Both the position numbers and the translations under genes were made by a program. Below, piece after piece: positions 50,083-58,686 of a DNA stretch of 64,000 nt (position 1 is the first letter of the stretch; every line of letters starts with the position of its first letter). The stretch comes from an uncultured delta proteobacterium (GTDB taxonomy: Bacteria; Desulfobacterota; Binatia; UBA9968). The stretch spans positions 1 through 64,000 of the forward strand of contig CAVXEP010000030.1 in the NCBI GenBank assembly GCA_963760795.1, read 5' to 3'. The notes below the pieces were generated by a model. That model worked only from the letters and a program-made list of their open reading frames with translations, was not told where the DNA came from and made no database searches.

Positions 50083-50862
50083 GTGGCGAAACGACGAAAC
50101 CCATCAATGCTTGTCATCATCAGCTGCGCCCTGGCACTGTCGACCGGCTGTGCGACGCAACAGGAGTTGACGCCTATGCGGGCAGCCGAGACGCCGCTGA
50201 TCGCTAAGGGGCGGGCGCTCTTCAACGACGTGAAGCTGTCGGCAGATGGCAACTGGTCGTGTGCTTCCTGCCATCCGAATCACGGTCACACCAACAACAA
50301 GACGTACGTCGGGCTTGGCGTCGTGCCGGACGGCGACCCAAATGGGCGCAGCACGCCGACGCTTTGGGGCGCGGGCACCCGGCAGGCATTCTCATGGGCG
50401 GGCACTGCCCCGAGCCTGCAGGCCAATATGCGCGGTATCATCGTCAATCGCATGAAGGGACCGGAGCCTTCGGCGGAGACGCTGGATGCCCTGGAAGCCT
50501 ACGTGAAGTCCCTCGGCTATCCGCCAAACCCCAACTTGAACTCCGATGGAACTCCGTCGGCTGTGGCGCCCGCCGCGGCCAAGCGCGGATACAACGTCTT
50601 CGTCCGGGCGGGCTGTCAGGCGTGCCATCTTCCGCCGACCTTCGACAAGAAGGAAGTGGAGGAGGTCTTCTCCGGAGGAAAGTTCAAGGTTCCCTCGCTG
50701 CGCGTGGTCTCTCTTACCGCCCCGTATTTTCACGACGGCCGCTTCGCCACGCTCGAGCAGACCGTTCGCTTCATGTGGGAGTTCGTGCAAAAGGCGGGAA
50801 CTACAGAAAAGCTAACGGAGAACGATCTGCGCGACCTGGTGGAGTACCTGCGCATCCTGTGA
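50083..50862 (+). CDS. Compact di-heme cytochrome c lipoprotein (CCP/MauG-like)
   Basis: Lipobox STGC; LSADG..SCASCH; GCQACH; FKVPSLR...TAPYFHDG; AAGGAG RBS before GTG. Confidence 0.85.
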   Translation: MAKRRNPSMLVIISCALALSTGCATQQELTPMRAAETPLIAKGRALFNDVKLSADGNWSCASCHPNHGHTNNKTYVGLGVVPDGDPNGRSTPTLWGAGTRQAFSWAGTAPSLQANMRGIIVNRMKGPEPSAETLDALEAYVKSLGYPPNPNLNSDGTPSAVAPAAAKRGYNVFVRAGCQACHLPPTFDKKEVEEVFSGGKFKVPSLRVVSLTAPYFHDGRFATLEQTVRFMWEFVQKAGTTEKLTENDLRDLVEYLRIL

Positions 50863-51008
50863 GCAGCCCGGCCGGGAGGAAATGCCAACAGAGAAAGTCT
50901 GAGGGTCAGCCGTGATATTTTATCGGTTCTGCTAGAAACCCCTCAAGTTTTTGTTTGTTCATTTAAATCTACGTTGACAAGCGACGATATCGCCTTCATC
51001 GTTTTCTC

Positions 51009-51068
51009 GTCAAAAAGCTGCTCGCCTACGAGAAAGAAGTGAATGCAGGGTTGGCCAAGACAACCTAG
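51009..51068 (+). pseudogene. GST 3'-end remnant no. 1
   Basis: VKKLLAYEKEVNAGLAKTT* versus VKKLIAYEKEINESFAKTA* (49941-50000). Confidence 0.85.
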
Positions 51069-51253
51069 GCGAGTTGCGCAGATCACATGCAGTTGCAGAG
51101 AAGAAGTATACCCCCTGTACCGTACGAGGACGAGAAGATAGAATCAGCGAGAGGCGGCCCATCAAGCGGCCCATTTGCATTCAAGCCGGACAGCAAATGT
51201 TTTTGAACTGTTATTAATTTAAGATTCGACTGTGAATCGTTCTCGGGAGTAAC

Positions 51254-52225
51254 GTGCCAGGAACCGCAACCATGATCGGCCGATCAAGCTTCCGCATTCG
51301 AGCTCTTTTGCTGATCGTGCTCATGACGCATTTGGCCGGCTGTGCGCGCCGGTTTCCGGCGACTGAAGTCACGCCGATAAAGGCCGCATACGCCGCCGAG
51401 CTCCAGCGATATCTATTGTCTAACAAGCGCGACGTAGCGCAATTCAGGTTGCGCGGGCCCTTTGCCGTCATCGAGCGCAGAGACCTGGAAATCCCGCTGG
51501 CTGCCGGTCTCACGGTGGCAGCGGATTTATACCTGTGCGGGGCAGCCCTCAAGGCTCCTCTGATCATCGTGTTGCACGGTCACGACAATTCCAAGGAGGA
51601 CCATGCCTTCCAAGCGATGCACTTGGCCTCCTGGGGTATGCATAGCATTGCTCTCAACTTGCCCAAACACGGCCCGTGGATCGCCAACGGCAGAACCCTT
51701 GCCAGGCTCGTCGACGCCATTCATCGGACGCCGCAGCTGGTCGACGGCCGCATAGACGCGGACAAGATCATCCTGGTGGGCCACTCATTCGGCGCAACCG
51801 CCGTCGCCACCGCGTTGGGGGAACGCGCCCCCGCACTGGGCGGCGTGCTGCTCGATCCCGCCGGGATCGGCCGGCAATTGCCGCAGTTGCTGCAGCGGAT
51901 CACCGTTCCGGTGATGGTGATCGGGGCCGACGAGGACATCCGGCCGACCCGCAACCGCGGGCAATTTTACCGCTTCATTCCGGCCGCTGTCGGCGAGATC
52001 TCGATCCGGGACACGCTCCACGAAGATGCGCAGTATCCGAACCAGCACACGCTGCGCCCATTCGAAGACGACCCGGATGATACCGAGGAAGCGCAGATTG
52101 CATTCGTCAGCGCGCTGACCGCCTCCGCCTTCGGTCTTGCGGCCGCCGGCACCATAGACTATGGCTGGGACAGCTTTGAACAAGCCATTAAGAACGGCAC
52201 GTTTTTCAACGCGCGGAGGAAGTAA
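51254..52225 (+). CDS. Alpha/beta-hydrolase lipoprotein
   Basis: Lipobox LAGC; LHGH; GHSFG nucleophile; LLDP; start may be ATG 51272. Confidence 0.85.
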   Translation: MPGTATMIGRSSFRIRALLLIVLMTHLAGCARRFPATEVTPIKAAYAAELQRYLLSNKRDVAQFRLRGPFAVIERRDLEIPLAAGLTVAADLYLCGAALKAPLIIVLHGHDNSKEDHAFQAMHLASWGMHSIALNLPKHGPWIANGRTLARLVDAIHRTPQLVDGRIDADKIILVGHSFGATAVATALGERAPALGGVLLDPAGIGRQLPQLLQRITVPVMVIGADEDIRPTRNRGQFYRFIPAAVGEISIRDTLHEDAQYPNQHTLRPFEDDPDDTEEAQIAFVSALTASAFGLAAAGTIDYGWDSFEQAIKNGTFFNARRK

Positions 52226-52230
52226 TCGTC

Positions 52231-53142
52231 ATGGGTTTAGTCAAATCGACAGTGAAAGTATGGATCACCGCGCCAGTGCGCCTGGCCGTTGTGATCGGCA
52301 TTGTCGTGCAGGCGCTTGGTCTGCGAGCCGGCTGGCCACAAGAACCGCCTCAACCGCGACTCGACGAGGAAATCACCAAACAGGAAGAAATATTCCGCAA
52401 ACAGGGCGCCGATGTTCCCCGCGGCTACGTCACGAATCGGGGGCTCTCGGACTACGCGGAGCTTCTTCCCACCGGCTTCTGCGACGCCCTCGGCAGGCTG
52501 GGTAGCTCGGACCGTTGGCTGGATATCGGCGCGGGCGCCGGGCAGGCCATACTGGCCTACTACGCCCCCGAAAACGCCGCGGCGCCGGCTGAAAAATGCG
52601 TCCGGCCCGGCGCTAGGGCGCGCGCGGTCGCGCTGTCCATCGAGGACCGCCGGACCGACGAGTGGCGACAGCGAGCCACGAGCGTGGGCGATGACCGTAT
52701 ACGCTATCTCTCCGGCAGGCGCCTGCGGCAATATTCGCCCGAGGAGCTGGGAAAATTCCAGATTATTACCGACGTGTTCGGCGGCTTCACCTATACCGAA
52801 GACTTGTCCCAGTTCGTTGACAAGGTGCTGAGCTTGCTGGAGGTCGGCGCTGGCTTCTACACGTTGGTGCCAGGCGTGCACTTAGAGGATGGCAAGGATA
52901 GACTCGGCAGCTTTTACCTTACCGAACTGGAGAATGCCGCGGGCCGCCCCGAGAAAGTGTGCTCCTGGCTGAAAAAGACCGCCTGCGTGAAAGTCACCTG
53001 CGAGTCGAAGAGCGACTGGAAAAGGCCCACCGAGCTGATAAAAATCGAGAAGGTCTGCAGCGATGTCTCGGTCCCGCGCATGAAATTATTGGAATTCGTG
53101 GCGGGGTATCCTCCCGACAGGCGATTCCAACTGGACCGGTAG
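52231..53142 (+). CDS. Class I SAM-methyltransferase-fold protein with a predicted signal peptide (copy 1)
   Basis: WLDIGAGAGQA motif I; hydrophobic N-terminus; 6 Cys. Confidence 0.75.
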   Translation: MGLVKSTVKVWITAPVRLAVVIGIVVQALGLRAGWPQEPPQPRLDEEITKQEEIFRKQGADVPRGYVTNRGLSDYAELLPTGFCDALGRLGSSDRWLDIGAGAGQAILAYYAPENAAAPAEKCVRPGARARAVALSIEDRRTDEWRQRATSVGDDRIRYLSGRRLRQYSPEELGKFQIITDVFGGFTYTEDLSQFVDKVLSLLEVGAGFYTLVPGVHLEDGKDRLGSFYLTELENAAGRPEKVCSWLKKTACVKVTCESKSDWKRPTELIKIEKVCSDVSVPRMKLLEFVAGYPPDRRFQLDR

Positions 53143-53193
53143 GAGTGATAAATCTTGGCTTACAGTTCACAAACCGGAAAGATCAATGACTGT

Positions 53194-53320
53194 CCAGTTG
53201 GATGGTTTTCAGGCTTCCCCAACGTCGCGGCGTATTTCAAGCCCATGCAGAAGCGTCCGAGTTTTAACAAGCCGCTTTCCTATGGGAAAGAAGTAAACGG
53301 CGGGTTTGCGATAGTCGGCC
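53194..53320 (+). pseudogene. GST 3'-end remnant no. 2 (more decayed)
   Basis: SGFPNVAAYFKPMQKRPSFNKPLSYGKEVN versus SGFPNVVAHFQRMQERPSVKKLIAYEKEIN. Confidence 0.85.
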
Positions 53321-53484
53321 AAAGCAACTATAGACTCTTGCCGATTCACGCTGTTGCCGGGACGCATAAAGAGCAAGCTCGAAAATTAAAAATTTCACGA
53401 TTCAAGACTGCTCAATTCGACAGTCAACAGCGGACTCATGCAACGGTCAGGCAACCCACAGTCGGTGACGGCATCGGAATCGCC

Positions 53485-54309
53485 ATGAAAACCAACCTGC
53501 TTTTGCTCGCGATTATTTATTTACTCGGTACCAGTAGTTTTGCCGCATCAAACCCTTTTGATGACGCAAGCGCTGCCTACGAGCGTGGCGACTATGTTCA
53601 GGGGATACAACTCTTTCGCCAGCTTGCCGCGAAGGGACACCAATGGGCGCAGAGGAGGCTGGGTTTGATATATGCAGAGGGGAAAGGCGTGCCGCAGGAT
53701 TATCAGGAGGCTGTAAAGTGGTTTCGCCTCGCGGCAGCGCAGGGAAATGTTCCGGCGCAGTATAGTCTGGGTCTGGCGTATGAGAAAGGGCAAGGCGTGC
53801 CGCAGGATTATCAGGAAGCCGTGAAGTGGTATCGCATCGCGGCGGCGCGGGAAGACGAATGGGCGCAGACGAGGCTGGGTTCGATATATGCAGAGGGGAA
53901 AAGCGTGCCGCAGGATTATCAGGAGGCTGTAAAGTGGTATCGCCTCGCGGCGGCACAGGGATACCCACCGGCACAATCCAGTCTGGGTCTGGCGTATGAA
54001 AAAGGGCAAGGCGTGCCGCAGGATTATCAGGAAGCCGCCAAGTGGTATCGCCTCGCGGCAGCGCAGGGAAACCAATTTGCGCAAATTAATCTCGGTGTGA
54101 TGCATACCAATGGCACAGGGGTGCGGCAGGACTTTGTGCGAGCCCATATGTGGTTTACCCTCGCTGCCGCAGCATTGAGCGGCGATGCTGGAGATACGGC
54201 GACAACGAATCGCGATGGAATTGCCGCAAAAATGACCGCCGAGCAGATTGCAACCGCGCAGGAGATGGCACGGCGCTGTCAGCAGTCTGAGCTTAAGAAC
54301 TGCGACTGA
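53485..54309 (+). CDS. Sel1-repeat (SLR) exported protein
   Basis: Signal peptide MKTNLLLL; 36-aa repeats AQ..LG..Y..G.GVPQDYQEAVKWYR.AA.QG. Confidence 0.92.
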   Translation: MKTNLLLLAIIYLLGTSSFAASNPFDDASAAYERGDYVQGIQLFRQLAAKGHQWAQRRLGLIYAEGKGVPQDYQEAVKWFRLAAAQGNVPAQYSLGLAYEKGQGVPQDYQEAVKWYRIAAAREDEWAQTRLGSIYAEGKSVPQDYQEAVKWYRLAAAQGYPPAQSSLGLAYEKGQGVPQDYQEAAKWYRLAAAQGNQFAQINLGVMHTNGTGVRQDFVRAHMWFTLAAAALSGDAGDTATTNRDGIAAKMTAEQIATAQEMARRCQQSELKNCD

Positions 54310-54333
54310 AGCACCACCGAGTTGGGGGATGGC

Positions 54334-54376
54334 GCCATTAAGAACGGCAGGTTTTTCAACGCGAGGAGGAAATAAT
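54334..54376 (+). pseudogene. 3'-end remnant of the alpha/beta-hydrolase (carries the RBS of the next gene)
   Basis: AIKNGRFFNARRK* versus AIKNGTFFNARRK* (52184-52225). Confidence 0.8.
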
Positions 54377-54380
54377 CATC

Positions 54381-55283
54381 ATGCGTTCAGGCAAATCGTC
54401 AGTGCTAGGATGGATGACCGTGGGAACAGGTGTAGCCGTTTTGATGATCCTGCGAGCGCTTGGTCCAGCAGCTGGCTGGGCACAGGAACCCGCTCAATCG
54501 CGGATTGAGGAGGAAACCTCGAAGCAGAAAAAAATCTATCAAAGCCGGGGCGCCGATGTTCCCGACGGCTACGTCACCAATCGAGGGCTCTCGAACTACG
54601 CGGGACTCCTTCCCTCCGGCTTCTGCGATACGCTCGGCAGGCTGGGCACCTCGGACCGATGGCTGGATATCGGCGCGGGTGCTGGGCAAGCAATACTCGA
54701 CTACTACGCACCCCCTGACGCCGCGGCGCCGGCGGAAAAGTGCGCCCGGCCCGGCGGTTTAGCGAGCGCAGTCGCGATATCCATAGAGGACCGCCGGACG
54801 GACGCGTGGCACCGGCTGGCCGCGAGCCTCGGCGAACGTATACGGTATCTCACCGGCAAGCTCCTGCGGAACTATTCGCCCGAGGAACTTGGAAAATTCC
54901 AGATTATTACCGATGTCTACGGCGGCTTCTCCTATACCGACGACTTGTCCCGGTTCATGGAAAAGGTGCTGAGCGTTCTCGAGGTCGGCGGTGGCTTCTA
55001 CACGATCGTGCAGTACGTGCATTTACAGGCTGCCAAGGACAGCCCCGCCACCTGGTATCAGACCGAGCTGGTGGATGCAGCCGGCCGCGGCGAGAAAATG
55101 TGCTCCTGGCTGAAGAAGACCTCCTGCGTGCAAGTCAGCTGCGAATCGAAGAGCGCCTGGGACCCGCCCACCGAGCAGATCAACATCCGGAAGGTTTGCA
55201 GCGACGTCTCTGTCCCGCGCATGAAGCTAGTGAAGTTCGAGGCGGGGAATCCTCCCAACCGGCGATTCCAACTTGAGCCGTAG
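54381..55283 (+). CDS. Class I SAM-methyltransferase-fold protein with a predicted signal peptide (copy 2)
   Basis: Paralog of 52231-53142; AGWA-QE cleavage-like site; same 6 Cys. Confidence 0.75.
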   Translation: MRSGKSSVLGWMTVGTGVAVLMILRALGPAAGWAQEPAQSRIEEETSKQKKIYQSRGADVPDGYVTNRGLSNYAGLLPSGFCDTLGRLGTSDRWLDIGAGAGQAILDYYAPPDAAAPAEKCARPGGLASAVAISIEDRRTDAWHRLAASLGERIRYLTGKLLRNYSPEELGKFQIITDVYGGFSYTDDLSRFMEKVLSVLEVGGGFYTIVQYVHLQAAKDSPATWYQTELVDAAGRGEKMCSWLKKTSCVQVSCESKSAWDPPTEQINIRKVCSDVSVPRMKLVKFEAGNPPNRRFQLEP

Positions 55284-55566
55284 GGATTGTGGAGTTGAAT
55301 TCACAGCGGCAGTGGGTAATGAACAAAACAAGTAGCTGGAAAGTCTAGAAGTAGATTGCTATGTCACCCCCCCGACGTCTCCGCGCCGAACTGGCAATTT
55401 CGTTTAACATTGCTCGGAGGGCTGGTGATTTTGTTGGGAATCATTGCTTGACGGGGGGTCTTGTGACTTGTGCCCGGGTCGCAAAAAAAAGCGTGATTTT
55501 AATTGACATGCTCGCACAGAGCGATTAAGAATAAGCGGTAAGAATTAGAACTGGGAGGAGAAAAAC

Positions 55567-56112
55567 GTGAGAAATAAAAGCATATCGTTGTTGGTTTGGA
55601 TCGGGTTGATTTTTGCTCTCTTAGTGCCGCTTTCGGTCGCAGCCCAGGAGCCCGCGCCCGAACAACGAAACGGCAAGTGGACGGCGGGCGCCGATATTGG
55701 CGTGATTTTCGCGACCGCCGACGATGAGATATTTGGCATGAACTATTACGGTGACTATTACTTCAATCAGAATGTTTCCATCGGGCCGCTTCTCCAATTC
55801 GGATTCTCTGGGGACCTCTTCCAGTTCGGTCCCAGCGCGCAGCTAAAATATACCATGGACATCGACAACCGCTGGAAGGCCCATGCTCAGGTCGGACTTG
55901 GGTTTATCTATGCCAACTTGAGACGCCCCGGTTCAAATAATAATCAGGATGACACGAGTATCCTGATGCCAATCGGAGGCGGTATAGAATACAAATTTAC
56001 CGACAGACTTTCGGCCGGCGGCACGGTGATTGCGAACATCATGGATCTCAATAGCGTTCGCGGCGAAAACTTTAGCCTCTCGTTTCTCGGCGGCATAAAA
56101 TGGCGTTTTTAA
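55567..56112 (+). CDS. Outer-membrane beta-barrel protein (small, 8-strand type)
   Basis: Signal peptide, alternating aromatic beta-strands, C-terminal KWRF; GGAGG RBS. Confidence 0.8.
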   Translation: MRNKSISLLVWIGLIFALLVPLSVAAQEPAPEQRNGKWTAGADIGVIFATADDEIFGMNYYGDYYFNQNVSIGPLLQFGFSGDLFQFGPSAQLKYTMDIDNRWKAHAQVGLGFIYANLRRPGSNNNQDDTSILMPIGGGIEYKFTDRLSAGGTVIANIMDLNSVRGENFSLSFLGGIKWRF

Positions 56113-56124
56113 CGCGACGAGGTA

Positions 56125-56153
56125 AAATCCGGCGGGACCAGCCCGCCGGATTT
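56125..56153 (+). terminator. Intrinsic terminator
   Basis: AAATCCGGCGGG / CCCGCCGGATTT stem. Confidence 0.7.
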
Positions 56154-56479
56154 GCTTTCGCCTCGCGGGTCGGCGACGAATCAGCGCTCGAAGGTTGTAG
56201 CGAGATATCAACATCGGCGGCATCAGATCTTTAAAGTATTGACCGCCGTCATCGTACGCGCTGTTGAACTGTGCGGGTGGTGAACCAGGCACGGCCACGA
56301 CCGCCGTTTTGCCTCACCACAATACAGCGTCGGCTTGTCCGTCAAACCCGGGCTACCTCAACCTGACCTCTTTTCTTTTCGCCTTGGCGAACGGCAATCA
56401 TCGGCTCAGCGAGCTGGGCCACAGCTTTCCAACCCCAAGAAACCACTGACTCTATCCCGACCACGCAGTGACCGGAAGC

Positions 56480-56659
56480 GGCTCGCGGAATGGCGGAACT
56501 TCCGCGTGCGAGGAACTCGAAGATGCGGGTCAGCACGAGCTGACGATCTGGTGCGCGCTTGCCGGCGCCATGTCTGACCTGGGCATGAAGCCGGAAGTTA
56601 TCGACTTCGTTGAGACTTTCACGCTGAACACTGATTCGTGCTTCGCGGTCTTCAGCTGA
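56480..56659 (+). pseudogene. C-terminal remnant resembling a LigB-type extradiol dioxygenase
   Basis: LEDAGQHELTIWCALAGAMSDLGMKPEVIDFVETFTLNTDSCFAVF*; no intact parent in the window. Confidence 0.55.
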
Positions 56660-56794
56660 GCCCCTTCCCTACCGCTTATTGTCGCCGGCCGTGCTTTGGA
56701 GTAGCCCGCAATGACTGTTCCAAAGTATTCCATAAAAAAGTCTTAGTCAGAAGCAAAACTGAAGTTTGTCCTGTTTGTTTTCCCTCCAGCCAAT

Positions 56795-57391
56795 TCAAGG
56801 CCGCGCACCGGACACAGCAATCTTTGGACGGAACGGATGAAAGCTAAATTCGATTTCCCCCGCGCTCTGGTTGTCGTTGCGTTTCTGCCTGGTGATCTGG
56901 ACCGTGGCAAATTTGGGCTGAGCAGCGTTGATGAGATACACACTCATCTGGGTTAAATGCCGGTTCTCGAGCGTGAGCCTGTGGGGGCCGGCCGCGAGCG
57001 AGCTGGAGATTGCGGAGAATCCTATCTGAATTGTTCCCGCACCCGTGCGGAGTTCTGCAGGCGGGACGAATTCAGACGCGCTGAGCTGCAATTCTAACTT
57101 GCGCCCGTCTACACGGAGCGTGAGATCGCCCTTCAGCAACTTGGCATAGACTGCCGCTTCGCTCTTGGATATCGCGCCGTCGCGGTCGCGGTCAATCTGG
57201 GCGATCACCTGTTCAGCGACAGCCACGCCCGGCGTAAGGTTGATTTGCAGCCGGACGCCGCCCGGTTCGATGGCCACAAGTGTCGCTTGCAGATACTGGT
57301 CGTCCCGATGCGCGAAAACCCCGGACGGAACCGCAAGCAACGCGAGCAGCAGCAGCAGGTGGCAGAGTGTCCTGGTCACGGCTTGCGCCAT
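56795..57391 (-). CDS. Exported hypothetical protein (mature N-terminal His; related to HupE/UreJ- or NixA-associated domains)
   Basis: VFA-HRDDQYLQAT...LTPGVAVA...IDRDRDGAISKSE...YLINA. Confidence 0.65.
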   Translation of the reverse strand: MAQAVTRTLCHLLLLLALLAVPSGVFAHRDDQYLQATLVAIEPGGVRLQINLTPGVAVAEQVIAQIDRDRDGAISKSEAAVYAKLLKGDLTLRVDGRKLELQLSASEFVPPAELRTGAGTIQIGFSAISSSLAAGPHRLTLENRHLTQMSVYLINAAQPKFATVQITRQKRNDNQSAGEIEFSFHPFRPKIAVSGARP

Positions 57392-58399
57392 TTAATTCCG
57401 TAATCGTTGGTAGGATCGCGGTAAATCGTGTGGATGTGCTTTGTCGCGTCGCCGCCCAGGCGCTGTGGAGCGTATTCGATGATTACCGTCGGCCCTTGGA
57501 TGCGGAAATAAGCCGCGCTGCCTTTTTCACTTGGGCCGCTCCAAGCGAACCAGGTTTCGGCGATATTCTTTTTCATCTCGTCCATTTTCGTTTTCGCGGC
57601 AGCTTCGTGCATGATGCCGGTCCATTCGCTGGCGAGATCCAGCAACATCTGACGCTGCTTCTCGGTCAGGGCCGAGGCTTTGACCCCTTCAGGCTGAATC
57701 GTCTGCCCGTCACGGCCGGGCCCGAGTACCAGGTCGCGCATCTGGAAGTCAAGGATAGCCTGCTTGCGTTGCGCTTCGTTCAGCGAACTAAGCAGGGCAA
57801 ACGCCTTGTCCGTCTCGCGACCAAGGGGGCGCACCGTTTTGCCTTCGAGTTCGTAAATCGCCGGTTGCGCGCCGGTGTGGCTGGGCGCGAGTGTGCGTTG
57901 GTCGCCGGCAAGCGTGACGTTGAGGCCGAGATGGTGGCCGCCGAACTGAATCATCCACGGCTCGGTGGTGGAAGGCTGGCCGAGGAACGAGAGATAATAT
58001 TCTTCGCGCCCAAAAATCGCCTCGCCGCTCGATTTTCTCAACAACTCGTCGGCCTCGACAATCTGCAGAATTTTAACGTAGCCCTGCGGACTCAAGGCCG
58101 CTGCCAACACCGCCAGCGCCGCCTCGCGCTGGGGTTTTGTCAGGTCGCCCATGCGCAACCCCTGCCGTTTGAAGATTGCCGTCGGAAGATTCGACCAGCG
58201 CTTGCGTTGCGCTTCGTCTTTGAATTCAAAGACGACCTTGCCACGCTGGGCATCATCAAGCGTGGCGAGGAATTTTTTGCGTGGCTGCGACGATACCCGC
58301 GGTCGGCGCGCCGGGTGTAGAGTTCGTCTGGGCAAAGCTGTTGAGCGCAACGCCAGCGCCAAATAACAGAATCAAAACCAGCGCAATCTTTTTGTTCAT
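57376..58399 (-). pseudogene. DUF3500-family exported protein, +1 frameshift in an A6 run at 58273-58278
   Basis: MNKKIALVLILLFGAGVALNSFA signal peptide joins KFLATLDDAQR...WSNLP...QFGGHHLGLN...YFRIQGP...HIHTIYRDPTNDYG if one A is removed. Confidence 0.8.
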
Positions 58400-58686
58400 G
58401 GTTAAATTGAAACTTAGTCCCGGCCACGGGGCTTTAGATTATAGTAAGGTTTCCGCATTCGTTATAAACGATCCGCTTGACGCCATTGGCGCTGAAGCGT
58501 TTGGATTCCAGTCGACGGATTTGTCGGCTGAACGAGTGGGACCAGCCTTAACACTCGTTTACCCACACATTTAACGAATTCGTAGAACGTTAAGATTACA
58601 AGTCCAGACCCCAATTACGATTACGTATTTGTGCCTACAGTTGCCATCATTCCTGCCATGCCGGCTTTTCGTCGTTGAACTAACTT

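Noticed and set aside
53155-53484. 110-aa N-terminal extension of the Sel1 ORF (apparent GST-Sel1 fusion)
   Set aside because: It is the decayed GST tail that happens to be in frame; the signal peptide starts at ATG 53485
53640-54075. Regularly spaced 22-bp repeats resembling a CRISPR array
   Set aside because: The 108-bp period is in frame within the Sel1 ORF, the spacers are homologous to each other, and there are no cas genes
58280-58362. ORF-track start of DUF3500 (MALALRST...)
   Set aside because: Artefact of the A6 frameshift; the real start is ATG 58399
49156-58500. Integron cassette array
   Set aside because: No intI and no convincing attC (RYYYAAC...GTTRRRY) hairpins; the boundaries are gene-tail duplications instead
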